This document shows, piece by piece, positions 24,801-39,600 of a stretch of DNA of 64,000 bases. Positions within the stretch are counted from its first letter, which is position 1. Each line of letters begins with the position of its first letter. The position numbers and the translations under genes are program-made. The notes under the pieces were generated by a model. The model had not been told where the DNA came from, ran no database searches, and saw only the letters and a list, made by a program, of their open reading frames with translations. The stretch is from Lytechinus pictus. Lineage: Eukaryota. The stretch is from positions 2,606,001 to 2,670,000 of the forward strand of contig NC_087245.1 in the NCBI RefSeq assembly GCF_037042905.1. Reading direction: 5' to 3'.

Positions 24801-27643
24801 TCTGTATATTGCCATTTATCTATAAAAGCATTAAAAGGTGCAGTTCAAATACAGTGTATGATACATTTCTTGAGCATCTTTTCCATGACAATGCCCATTA
24901 TAGAATGGCAACCATGCATAAATAATTACCAGATGCATGGCCAGCTATGCATCTGGTAATTACTTAGGCATGTCTAGTCATGCGTCCGGAATTACTTATG
25001 CATGGTTGTTGAAAAAAAGAAAGATTTTTAGCCAAAAAATTCCACCATATTATAAAAAAAATGATACATAGGTTTGTTCGTGCATCGGTAGGACTAGTGA
25101 GCATGTGGTAACTATGGAAACTAGTCTAAACCCACTCGACTGCACCTTGTGGGTTTTTGACAGTTCCATATTTACCGTACCCTCACAAAACCAACCGATG
25201 CACTAACATCTGTGTATCATTTTTATACTAGGGGACACCCTGACCATACAATCTTGCCTACCTTGACCCCAGCAAGCATGCCTGTAGTTGAGACACTGAA
25301 GTCTAGGAAGCATAACATCTCAGGGGTAGGGGCTCGATAGATACCAGATAGCTTCTTCTTTGGAAGGTCATCGGTGTCCAGGAGAGGGGGCCATGTCTTG
25401 ATATCTACTGTTCCCATTGCCTCCTGTGAAAACAATATACGAGGAAAAAAAGCTGAAGTTCTTATCTGGGTTTTCATAGTTTACTGTATTAGCTGATATT
25501 TTCTCATTGGTATTATTTTCAAAAATGTTGTGAGTCAAAATCACTAAACATTTCTACTTTGCTGACATTGTTCTATATGAAAATAAAATCATAATTGTAA
25601 AAATAACTTGTGATCATGTTGAACCATTTCAAAGTGTGAAATTATCTGTATGCTAACGTATTGGCCAATCCAACATGTGTACAAACTCAAATTCTATTCT
25701 CAATTTCTTGTCAAGAATGAAATATCATTTAATCACACTTGAAGCTTTACAGAGGGTGTTTATCAGATCGGCTCAGTGATGAGATTCCATTTAGCTCTTA
25801 TTTTTAATCATGAAAAATTGTTTTATTGTACAATCAGTAACGATGTATAAAAGAGTCAGATAAAAGCTGATAAAACAATAGCAAGCAAAATGCCCCATGA
25901 CAGTTTCTGTAAAAAGTTTCATAAAGCTTCATAAGATTGTTAGGATTCCTGACTGACCTTTGACTTGAGAAGTTTAATGATGGTTGCCGTTGAGAGAACA
26001 ACCACCGACTTGCTGACCTCAACCACCATACGAACAGTAGGCAACGTTGTTACAAGGCTCTGGGCATGGGGAGGACGTACAGTCACTGGAACAGCACCTA
26101 ATTTGAAAGAAACACAGGGAATAGAGTGAGAGATCCATGTACATCCTGATGGACAAAAAAAAATGGATGAGAAATACCTTTCCAGTGGAGCATTTCATTA
26201 GAAACTTGTCTGATGTTTTATCTTACAAAGTGTGTTTGATCTGATCTGTTATAATACAAACAGTCAGAAACATGTGCTTCTAAGCAAATCAAAACCAAGG
26301 AAAGTTGTAAGATCTTTCTTGTCAGACAAAAATGTAGATTAAATAATCTCCAGGATACTTTTATGTGTAATAAAATCATTGGCTTTTTACATTATAGTGA
26401 GGAAGGAAGTAATGGTGAAGATCTCCCCCAAAGAAAGAAAGAAAAAAAGGATTGTTGAAGGTGAAAATACTATAAAGGGGTTGCTACAGGTAGAGTTAAA
26501 TGGAAACTTGAAACAAGACCCGTCTCTCAAGGGAATGTAAGGAGAGATGGCATACCAGAACAGAAAGGTAAAGAGGGTACTTACCAACATAAAGACATCC
26601 ATAGAAGGCTACAATGAGATCCAGACCAGGAGGATAGATAAGAGCTACATGGTCACCAGAGTTAACCCGACCCTTCTCCTGAAGAAGCAATGCCACTCTC
26701 TCAGCTCGCTTATGAAGCTGGCTACAGTTCAGTGTCATGCCAACCTGGCCCTGAAAACAATACAAGGTACAAGGTCAAAGGTCACCTATGAATTATTCTT
26801 ACTGACATCATAAGATGTATGAATATATTCCAAATGTTGAAACAGTGAACACTCTCTGTATGAATCACTAAAGAATTAGATTTTTTGTTTCCTTTAGAAG
26901 GCAAGTAATATGTACAAAGTACACGTCATTTCCATGAGAAAAAAAAAACTGGAGGTTAATCTCAGACACATCAAATAAACATAACATAAAATCATGTGAT
27001 CAATAATCATTGCAATTATTACATAGCACATTTTTCCCTCTGATAATAAAATGGGAGCAATATATAATATCATCAATTATTGTTGATATGTTTGATGAAA
27101 CAGGGTTAGGTCAAAATAAACATACCTTGTTATTTAGGAGTGAGAAGAGGACATGGTCTGGTGTACTCTGAGCTCTCCACTGTAACACTTCAGCTAAGAA
27201 CTGATTCTATATATTGTAAAAAGGAATAAAGAACATACATATTCATGTAAACATCCATGATTATGTAATAAACTTTGGTGAGGTTGCAATTCTCATTTTA
27301 GGGGGAGGGGAGGAATTGATCGTCCCATTTTATGCTGGCCATTGCAATAGAAGAAACTTCCACAAGACATCCTTTCTTGGCACCTTCATTAGTTCACTAA
27401 AAACTGGCTATTCAGAAAGGATTTCCAGCAAATGCAACTCTTAACCACATTTTACATAGCATATCTATTTACTTCCTTTCTTTACTGTATCATAGGAATC
27501 TTCTCATGATGAATACAGATGCATTACAAATGTTATCATCACCATCATCATCATCATCATCACCATCATCGTCGTAGTCATTGTCATCAACATCGCCATA
27601 ATCATCATCTTCATCATCATCACCCTAATCATCAGCATCATCC

Positions 27644-27693
<50 letters not shown>

Positions 27694-30600
27694 GTCGTCA
27701 TCATCATCATCATCATCATCACCATCACCATCATAATTATTATCTGACCTTTCTTGATGTTTCTGTATCTTCATCCCATGTTCCAATCTCTCTCCCTGAT
27801 GCTCCTGCTATCCTTGATCCTGCTACCAGGTTTCCCATCATCACTGATGCAGGACCAACATCTGTAGGTTTTATCCTTGGCTTGGGAAGGTTGGTCACAC
27901 ACCTATATTAAAAAATAAAATCATTTGATAACACATGCAATCACGGACCAGTACATGGAGATTTGATGTATTTAACCAGTCAATTCCGACATTCTGTAAT
28001 TCCCATGGCTCTGTACATGGACAATCCAGTAAGCTTAATGAAAAATTTAAAAAAGAATTATGGGGTGGGGTTTCTTCTTATCTTCATCAGCAGTATTCTG
28101 CAGGTGATCCATCCATCCATCTATCTAAGCCTCCATCAATCTATCCTGCCACCCATTAATCCTTTACCAACCATCTTCCTATCAACATAACTATCTTTCA
28201 TTCTATTTCTTTCATAAGATTGATTCCTCTATCTATCTGTCTACCATTCTCTCTCATAAACTATGATGTTAGCTATCCATTTAATGCTCAATACACACAA
28301 ACTTACTTATAAAAGCTATCAAGAATTGAAAAAGATAGGTCTAGATACATGTACTTAAATTTCAACCAGATTGTCACAAATTTCTTGAAGATTTGTATGA
28401 ATGAAAGAAATTGAAACCAAATCAAACGTTAGATATATACGACACGATGGATAAATTCATCTACTTACGTATGAGGGCACATGAGTACATTGGTAGGATG
28501 AAGTGTTCCATTGATGAATCTCTGTTTGGTCTCTGACAGGTGGATTCCTCCAAGAGGAGTCTAAAACAAAATAAAATACATAAACAATCAAGAGACATAG
28601 ACTCTTATATCATATTTTAAATCCACTGTAAAACATATGGACCTTGGCAATGAGGATATCATCATATGACACAAGTAAAAAATAATGAACAAAATATGAC
28701 TTTTTAATAAACGGAACATGCTTCAAAGTAAACATGCCTCATAATCTGCCTGAAAATTATACACAGAGACACTGGTATTATAAACCTTATTAATTCATTT
28801 GGTATCCCAAGTGTAGGTGACAGTGTGTGTTTTTCTATCTAGGATATTATCAATGCCACGATCCTATCATCATTATGCTAAGAGACATTCATAATATCTC
28901 ATTTTGGGAGCTGAGATGATTTCAGTTGCAAAGCTCCACACCAATTTGTGATATACTTTATTAGGAAATTGAAACAATTATTGATATAGATGTGATCTTA
29001 CCTTGGGGAGTGAGTTTGGAGGAACTAAGGCCAGACAGTACACTCCAACTTGATGAATGCTATCCACAGCCTGTAGTACTCTACTCATCCATTGGAAACA
29101 CTAGGAAGGAAGGAAGGAGGGAGGACAAGTGGTGCATTATCATTTTTTATATAGAAATATAGCCCTAATATTATGATGTATTCTTTAATCTAAATATCTG
29201 ATAAACATATTTTGGAATCAAACAATTTTTATGGTTTGTGAGTTAATAAATTAAACAGTGATTAATTGAGACTAACTCTTATCATAATGAATGAATGAAT
29301 TGGTCCATATCAAAGATATTACCATAAGACTTGGGTTTAACAAAACATACAAATCAATATCAATACTTCATGTCAATCATTTGAATCAGAATTGCCAGAC
29401 TTACAATTACACTTATTTCAATCATTTATTTCCAAGTTACAGCACCAAAGAATGTACAATTGATATAGTGAGGGGAGTTAGGGGGGGTGTATTACCTCTT
29501 CCTCTGATGCTTCTGGTCTTTGTTCTGCAATGATGATTATCCTATCATCCTTTAGGACTTTTATCGAGAACACTGCAATTCTGTTGGAAGAAACAAGTCA
29601 ACTTGTAAAGAATACATATTGTAACAGAAAAATATCAATTTTTTTGTCATAAATAATTCAAGATATGTAAGGAGCAATAATGATAAACTATCCCTCATTT
29701 GGTGTCCCTTCATGTGCTCCTACAGCAATTGATCTTGTCTTAATTTCTCTGGATGTTTTTGGTTCAGAATATTGTCCAGATTGGGAATTATGGCTATGGT
29801 TAGGTTTGGGGTTACTTATTTATTTAATTTTGGCTTAATGAGAAGTTTATGCATAAGGGTTGTTATCACTGGAACTTATTTCATTGAATCCCCTTTAAAT
29901 ACAACAATTCTTAGATCTACATTAAATAATGACCACTAACCCATTTGACACAAGAGGATATGATAAACAAAAATGACCCCAAAGTGAATGAGTTGAACGT
30001 ACCTCCCTCTGTAGATGAATTTGAGTGGTTCAACAGCCAGTACAGTAGCTATGATGTCATCCATATTATGCCTTCTACCACTGATGATCATCAAACCATC
30101 TACCTTACCACAAACAAACACTAGTCCACCCTGAAAATAAGAAAAAAGAGATAAACATGTGTTTGTGGAGTGCTGATATGGCAGAAGTATATTTCTACAT
30201 TTTTAATATTTTCCCTTGAATTTCTAGGACAGCTGTCTAGTCAATTCTAGTTGGAAACCTTTATAACATCTTCTTTGCTGATTCTCCAACCAACACTTTA
30301 CAACGTTCCTAATCATGAATCCCAGGAAAATACCATAAAATTGATGATATCAAGTTAAGGATGGAAGAAATATACAAGGAAAACATCAATCATGGACAAT
30401 GAATTCTATCCTTTGAATTAAGATCATGAAATAAACGGGAAAAATCAACAAGAAAAATTTCGAAAAACAATATTCCAGTTCCAAACATTGAAAAAAGAAA
30501 AATGAAGAAGGAAGTAAGAACTTACAGGTCCAAGGAAACCAAGCAGTCCTGTCCTAACAAAGTGCTGATCACTGATTGGCTGCTCATAGTCCGTTAATGC

Positions 30601-33600
30601 TGTCACCTGATATTCATAAAACAAATGAAACATACTTGATAAACTAACATAATCTCACATGGTTCAATTATGCCAAAACAGAATGTATTGAATGCCACAT
30701 TACAAATTGGCATACCTGCTTTTTCCAGCATTAATGATATAAGTTCATTACATATACATACGGAGAGGACCTTAAGCCGTCAGCCTTCTAGTTGCTTGCT
30801 TACAAGCATTCATGCTCTCTTAGCAGTCAAGTAAAAATCACCACCATTCATCCGTGTAAGAACATGATCACTTACATTAAATGTAGCATTAGTCTTTCCC
30901 TTCAGACCCCAGAATGATCCTCCGACTGATTCTGATGAGACACACAGTTCTCCAATCTCATCTGTCTTACACAGGACTGGTGGACCATCAATCTTCACTA
31001 CAACCATAGCAGCTATATCAAACAAACAAATGTATGGTACAAATGAAAATGGAAACCAAAATGATGACATGAATTTGCCACTTCTCTCACTGGTAGTATC
31101 TCGATGTAAAATATGTAGAATTGTAATCATAATTTAAATAGCAATTTCAAGCATGATGGTGACATCAATCAATGAAGAAAATGCCTTCCATAGCTAAAAG
31201 TTATTTCAATCAAGTTATAGTCTTTGTGAAGACCACAACCGTTATAGAGAACTCTACTTCACTCTTAGAGATTTGTTTCTGGTTTAGAATTAATTAAAGG
31301 TGCATGCACATACAAAAAGGCTTAAATTCATGCTACTTACACCACAAAATCTGTATTAAATGAGGTTCTAATGTAAATCTTAATAATAGTATCGTGTTTC
31401 GGAATAGGTTATGTCTAGATAGATGCACTATTAAGATGCCTATTATTATTTTTGTGAATTCAAGCTCACCTCCTGGCATGACTACTCCAACATCTTGCAG
31501 CGTTAATGATGTGAGTTTGTCATCTGTATCCACCCTGACAACACCATACGACAGACCAGCCATCGATAACACCCCTCGACCTGATGCTGTCATACCGGTC
31601 TTACCAGGCCTGTTACCATGACAACACAGAATACATAGATGTGATGAAAAATTATGGTAGAGAATATTGGAGGGAAAATGTAGTAAGAAAGACAGCCGAT
31701 GATACAGACAAAAATAAGTAGACAGCATCAATGGAGACCTGTTATTAATCCTTTTTCCTTCTAATATCCCCCGTTTTCAATCCCAGAAACAATTTCCCCC
31801 TTGCTTGATGCATTATAGGGCAATACTTGATTTCAACTGGTTATGACTGATGTATACTTAAATATGGATAGAAATAAGCTTCTCTCTTTTGTTTCATTAT
31901 CTTCTTTTATTAGCACCAAATATGTTTTATTCAGGAAATGAATGAAAGAGGGGGGGGGGGGGTAAATCATAGTTGAAAAACACCATCAACTCAAATCGAA
32001 TAACATTGAAACAAATTTTCATGCTTTGCCAAATTTGACCAGGCAAATATAGAATGCAATTTTAGATTTTGATATACTACATGTATGATGTTCTTTGAAG
32101 TGTTAGTCTGTGCTCATATTTATCTGGTGAGATATCACATTCAAAACCACATACCCATGTTACCCAATCACAAATATCAGTATTGTAAATAGGAAGTGCT
32201 GTGCTTAAGATGTTTAGTACCAAGTGACAGAGTATATACATTCTGATATGTGTGCAAATGTAGGACAATCCTTTGTTTTAATTTTCCTGTGTCAATTTCA
32301 AATAATTAGTAAATAGTAGTAATCCTTTCTACAATAAACTGTATAGATTCCTTCCATGCTCAATTTATGGGTAAGTCAACTATCACACAGCTTTCTCTTC
32401 ATAATTCCTATTATGAGATTGAAATAGTAAACATCAAACATGTCATCCTGCCGAATCCATTTTCTATCAACATCTCAAGTAATATAGCATGTTCAATGTG
32501 AAATATGTTCAACAATATCAATGTTCAAACTATGTATGTCAATGTGTAACCTGTATTCAATAAAAGCATTCTATAACATGAGCTTGGGTTTAACTCAAAG
32601 CATGCACACTGGCATATCTTTTGAGTAGCAGACAAACTTTTGTTATTGTCTCTTATCAAAGGAATTTCATTGGGTTTAATAATTAATTTTGCCAGGGGCA
32701 TAACTACATGCCTTCAATAACATCTCAACATGGAAGAAAGTATGAATCAGGATTTCAGGAAAGAAAAACATGCCTTTCTTTAAAGAGCTTGAGGAATAAT
32801 GGTTAACCTAATGTCCAAATGAGTAAAATATATTAATTTTAGAGGAATATAGACAGGAATCACAAATTTTCATACTTGTACAGGCCTTGGCCATGTCTGC
32901 ATTGTAACAGAAGATGCATGGGTTTTAATGTTATGACAAACACACAAACAAATAGTTAAATCAAGTTCAGAGCTCACACAGAAGAATTTGCTTACCAAAA
33001 TTTACCACTGTTGACAAACAAATGAAAACAAAGAGAATGAGACTGACTGTCTAAACATGGTTTCAGAATTCATTAACGAACTAGCAAAGAAAGGTCATGA
33101 ACAATGACCTATAAATATCAAACCAAAATTCAGATTTTATGACTACAGTATCAATACTGTCTGGGTTTTAATTCTCTGTGAAAGATATATTATTAAAAGG
33201 TATTGAGATGCCAATTGTGATGAAACAATCTTTTGGGGGTATCAAAAATATTTGAAAATATTTTGATATTGATTTTAATTGAAAATATCAAGAAAAAGGT
33301 AAAAGATTAATATATAATGAAGTGAAATAAAAGTAGACAGACTACACAAGGAAGAAAAAGTGAAAATGTGACTTTTATACATTTATACATGAATCAGCCA
33401 AAAAGTTTGATTGTAAAAATGGAACAAGAAGAGGAAAAGAAGAAAAAGCTTATGAGATTGAGAAGGAAATTATCACCAGTTTGATATGAGCTAAAAGGGT
33501 GAGATAGAAACCGATATTCAATAGGAAACATTTGACACCCATTTTCACTATCATTTGATGTGAGCTAAGAGGGTGTTATAGAAACCAATGTTCACTAGGA

Positions 33601-36600
33601 AATAGTTGACACCAAATCTCTCAGCAGCAACTATTTATTCTCAATTTGTTTTGGAGGGAGGGTTTGACTTACCTTCGTATTGAGACTGTGAGAGCCTCTG
33701 CAGCACAAGCACACGGACATAACACTTCAGGTTTGAGACCTTTACTCTGGAAAGTACTCAAGAATGCATCGCATGATGACAGGGACCCTAAAAAGAGGAG
33801 AAACAAAGGAATAAAAAGGGTTTAATCTGTCCAAATTACTCTGCCAATAGCACAGCCCAACACATCCTTATCATGACCCATATCTTCCTTCTTTTCAGAA
33901 GTGTTATATGACTTGTAACCTTTCATGTTTGATAATGTCATTATTTTCAAATAAGTCTGATTTTCCGCAAGTTGTAGTATTACAAATAATTCTATCCAGC
34001 AAGGTCAAAGATCTTCATTTATTTCTGGAGAAAAGAGGAAAAAAATTGAAATGGGCACATTGCATTGTTTTTCTTTTCAAAGCATTTCTTAAACCCCCTC
34101 TCCCCTGTTTCCCTATTTCTGTACTTTTGTTCAGTTCCAACATCGTCATTTGATTTTTTGATTCTTCATGTACCAAAAGCATGTTGACAAGTGATTGATA
34201 TGAGACTTACAAGGGTTAGCTCCATCAGCAACCAGAAGCATTCTTAATGAGTTCAGGTTGATTCCTTTGTGTTCTTTCTGGGCCATCAGACCCCAGTGCA
34301 TGTCTCTTGATTTCACAATGGCAAGGGTGGCTGTAGAAAACAAAACAGAAAAAAAAAAGGATTCCAATAATTGGTTGATTATGTGTCAAATTAGCCAATG
34401 CGTGAAGAAAGGTGATAGCTCTGAGTAAAAATCAATTTCTAAATTTGGATTTACTCCTATTACAACTGAAGGGCCTTCTTCATTTATTTTCTTTAAAATT
34501 TCCAATCATCAGTCTGGATTTGAGAGCAAATTCTGATACAGAAACAAAGAAGGTTTGAACAAGTCAAATAGAAAACCTCAGTTAAAACTTTGAAGAGGTA
34601 ATGATAAGCGTGATACTATTATATATGTGAAATCCCTTTTTTTGTATTGGACATTATAATGCACCCTGCTATATGCGCACATTATAGTTTTATCATTTGA
34701 CTTATAAAATGAAAAAAACAGTATGAGATGTTCTTGGATAAAGGATTTCATGTAAAAAAAAATATTTTAAAAAAAACATTAAAAAATAGAAGGAAAAAAA
34801 AAAAAAATCATGACAAGAAAAGTCGTAATTCTGATTTTAGTCTGGAGAATATCATGCCTGAATAAATAAAGATAGAATTGAATTGAATGAATTCTTACCT
34901 TTGTACTTGGTTACAATGTGCATCCATGATGCTGGATTTACTTTCATGAGTGAGTAAGGAACAAAATATACTTGCATCCCATTGAAGACACTCTGGATGA
35001 AAACAAAAAGAGATAATTGTGATGAAGTCAATCATTACATTGACATATTCTGTGTCTTGAACACAACTGACAGAAAAGAAACAGCAGCCTTTGTTTATTG
35101 ACGGTGATCAAAGGAGACAAAGAAGGTCATCGTAATAGACATGGTCTGTCCTACATACAGGCAATGTATTTTTTTTAATAGTGTACCCCCTCCAATTCTT
35201 TAGATGTTCAGACTTTCATTTGATAATGTCTGCTTTACCTCAAATTTATTTGAAAAAACAAAATCTGAATATTCATTTCATCTGTCCAGTAATTACATGC
35301 ATGCTGGGACTATAGTAATGCCTTTGTATTTCATCCGTTAGATATGGATGAGTATTATGCAAATAGTGACTTTATTTCATTCATTGCTTGCCACACCTCT
35401 GTGTTTGATTTATGTTTTCCCTTCAAGGAAAAAAAAGTACTGTTGAAGAAGCACAATTAAATGCAGTCTTTCTGTGCAGGTACCTGAAGCAGATCAGATT
35501 GTACAATGGCTCTTCAAGATAAACGAGTGTTGTCTATACTTACAGCTTGTACACTATGCCATAATCCTACATCTCTCTTGAAATCCAGGACGTTCACCAT
35601 GGTCTCTCCTTCTCCATAGCTACAAGCAACTGTCAACGTCCGACAGTGGTAAACCATCGACCGTCTTGGAATCGTCACACCCATCACACTGCCCTCGTTG
35701 TCCGTTGTGTACTGAGAGATGAAAAGAAAGGCATTTTTTTTATATCTCTAGAATCATACAAGGTATAATATTGTCTTATTTTGACTTGTATCAAGACAAC
35801 CATGATCAAGGCCGCTTCACAATGGACATCTGCAACTGATGTATGTCAGTATACACACTCTACAGAATTCTATCTGAAATCTCACAGAATCTCATATTGT
35901 TTGTAATAAAAAATGCTCACATACAAACATCTTCTAAGGTAAAAATGCATTCCATATCACTGTCACATATTTGAGCAGCCAGCCTATTGTTGAAAGGGGA
36001 AGTGAATCTATTAAAAAACATAAGACCATATATCTAAACCCATGTTCCATGCAAGTGACTTTCTAAAAAGCAATGACTGGACAGAAGGTTGAACTGTTCA
36101 ATCAACAGAACCTGACATCTCTCATATCTTACCTCAATATATGCAGCCATATCATCTGCAGGACGGGGTGGGATCTGCCAATCCTTGGGAGGTTTTGAGA
36201 GGTGTTCTGTTACATGCCATGCAAGCTTCGGCCAACCTAGAGAAGAAACAGTGAAATTTGATTATTTGATAATGGTTCATCAATAGTGCATGGAAGCAGC
36301 AGTCTATAAATGAATAAGTATTTGATAATTATAATGCTGTTGATGGCAATATATCTCTGAAATTGCCTCAAATTAAAAAGCCTAAATGTAGAATGTGGTA
36401 ACAACAATCATGAGAATGTGGTAACAGTGGAGATGGACAAATTGCAACCAATGTAGAAAGATCCCCAAAATGGATCACCTTATCAGAAACACACTTATCC
36501 TACAGTCCTATATTCCTGAAGAATCTGAAGTGCTTTCTCTTAAAATTCTCTTCAAATACCTGAAACATTTACCTTTGAATCTGGACACCTCCCCTGATTG

Positions 36601-39600
36601 TGTCTTCGGTAGCTCCTTGAGACAGGCACTGGTTGTCAAGGCAACAGAGATGCCACAACCTCCTAGTAGGAAACCAATCTGTTGACTACCAGCATCCTAG
36701 AAGAGATAGACACAGTCCAAGAAGTGAAGAAACAAGTAAACACAACAAATGTTATTCATGGATGGCCAAAATTCACAAAGATTATTTGAAATCACAATTT
36801 ATGCAGATACCATGCATCAATTATACTTGATTTAAAAAGTACCATTAGAAAAGGTCCAATATGTGTATTTGTCAGAGAACTTTATTTGTGCTTGTTGTGC
36901 ACGAATCCATAGTTTATTTTAGGTGACTTAGATCAATAGTCAAGAGGCATATTTAAACAAAAGATTGATTCATTCCTATGACTTTGAGGTGATCTAAAAT
37001 CATTCATTACAATAATAATAGTAGTTACATTTATATAGAGCTTACTACATTATGCTTCTAAGTGCTTTTAACATGAAAGATATTTACTCTATATACTTAC
37101 TCCCTCAGCATATTTTATAACTCATTAAAAATATCATACTTTCCAATCATAGAGGTAAATAATATCGTTATTTGTGAGCACTTACCTTTTTAGTGACTGG
37201 TACGTCTATTGCAACTGGTACAATCCCTGCAAAGAGACAGCCATAAAATGCACAAACGTATGCTGCTGGGTCTGAGTTGGGATATACAAGCGCCACCTAA
37301 AACAAAGAAAAGAAAAATATGGATGAATATTCAGAGAAAGATGGATAACTCAAAAGAAAATTTTAATTTTGTTTTGCTGCAGAAACTGGGAAATAAATTT
37401 TAAATGCATTTGTTATGCTCACTCAACAACAGCAATGTTTGTGAAGAAAGTAACTTATCAACCTACATTTCATGCAATATAATTGAAATGCCTGAATATC
37501 ATTCAATATCATTTGCCTTTAACTAGTGCAATTACCATTCTACCTCATTTGAAACAAGTTTGGATGCTCAAATTTGTTCTCTACTCTTTCCAGTTTTTAC
37601 ATGATTTTAATTCAGTTTGTGTTACTACGATAGATGTTGATATGCAGGTTACAAAAACAAAATCAATAATTGATGAATCAAGTGTGTATACATGTAGGTT
37701 CAAACAATATCTTAGATTTGTTTTAAGAAGGTAGAACTTACTCTGTCCCCAGATTTCAGTATGGGTTCTTTTCCACCTAATTTGTTCAGCAAGAAATAAG
37801 CAATTTTGTTTGCTCGGCTGAGAAGTTTTCCTGTAGAAAAATAAAATCAGAGTAGGGAAAAATAAAACAGAATGATTGATAATCACAAGCATTTTTTCTT
37901 ATGCAATATCAAAATATGGCCATGGAAGTATTACCCATTGCCACCCCCCACCAATCTATTCTAATCAAGTAACTAGTTTTTACTTATCAATCACTAGCAT
38001 GATTATTTAAAACTGTTCAGTAAGATACTTGAATAATCAAGATATCATAAGTAGTATATTTTTCAATTAAATATATGCATTTGAAGATGAAAAACATTCA
38101 AATATAAAATAAAGATGTATTAGAAAACATATTATTTTTTTCTCTAGTTTTACACTTACAAATCATGGGAAATGGTTATAACTTTTTCATTTGAACAGAT
38201 CAACACATTCCGCAAATTTTATCATAACAATGCATTAAGTTCTTCACCTAACATTCAAAACAAATAAATCAGATTATCCTAATTACATGTGGCTTACCAT
38301 AAGTGAGCTGGAAATGTACTTTGCCATTGGCATCTAGTGATGAGATGATAGGAACCTTGGGGGTTGCAGTGCCGTATCTCTGGACTGCCGCCTCTAAATT
38401 CCTGGGTAAGCCTGTCGGTACCTGTATCAAGGATGAAGTTAATGAAAGATGATAGATTCAGATGAGGGCAAATAATTGTGTTTATAGATAGGTGATGACT
38501 GGTGAGAAAGATTGGTGGAGTGTTATTGTATAGATGAATTAGGATTCCCAAATATTGATATAGATCTACTTTATTCATGTGCAAAATTTACAGTCTCAAA
38601 AATGTATCATTTTAGGGTTAATTAATACCCAATCAATGTATTTTTTTCAGGTGGAAACGGTATTATTTTCATTGTCACCACCATTTTTGCCATTTCCGGG
38701 TATCACCACCATATCATATCATGACCAGGACTTTAATAATTGTTTTTATCATGATTAGGAATTTAATAATTGGTGTCATAGTTGCCATCAAAATCTTTAT
38801 AATCATCATGACCTTCATGACCACCATCACCACCATCATCAGCATCATCGTTGTCATCATTGTCATCACCACCAACACCGCCACGACCCCATCACTGTTT
38901 GCATATTTACGGCTATGCTTATCATCTACTAATTGCAATGTCATTTCCACTTACATTTAGCTGTTCTCCAATGGCAGGTGTGATTGTATTACCCTCGGGC
39001 TGGGGTGCGTTGGGATCCATCTCGCTTGCAGCTGATGAAGAATAAAAACCCCAAAAATACAATATGAATATTAAGTTTTGTTCATGGTTGCTAATGTACC
39101 TTTAAAAATATATGCTTATCACACAGGTGATGGCCCAGTATATAACAATCACCATGTAGAATAGAAATGAATGTTTACCTTCTAATTCTTCTTCTTCATC
39201 TTGGAAGAATTCTTGTAGTGGTTTTCTCTTAGGTCTCTTCAGTGTGTTTAGAAGCTGCTGAATCTTTGCAGACACCTTACTGTTCACCATCGACCCTGTA
39301 GAGGATGAGAGAGGATATTGGGGAGGGGGAAGTAAGCGTAAATGAAGATGATTAAGTACTTATTGTTGTAGAAATGGCACTTTAACCTCTAAGATCCTGT
39401 GAGCCAGGTACCTTGTTGTTAGGCACTTCTATTTGCTTTTCAACCAAGATTTATAATTTTTTGTTATCAAACAGTAGAAATAAGCATGCTCATTTCAATA
39501 TCAATAGTTTGTTCTACCATATCAAATGTGAATTTAATACTTATTAAAATTGAACTAAAACTAGGACTATTTCACGCCTTGTCCCACCTCCAAGATATCT

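Noticed and set aside
27504..27911. Poly-His and poly-Met ORFs
   Set aside because: They are translations of the (CAT)n microsatellite plus the antisense of a DIP2 exon.
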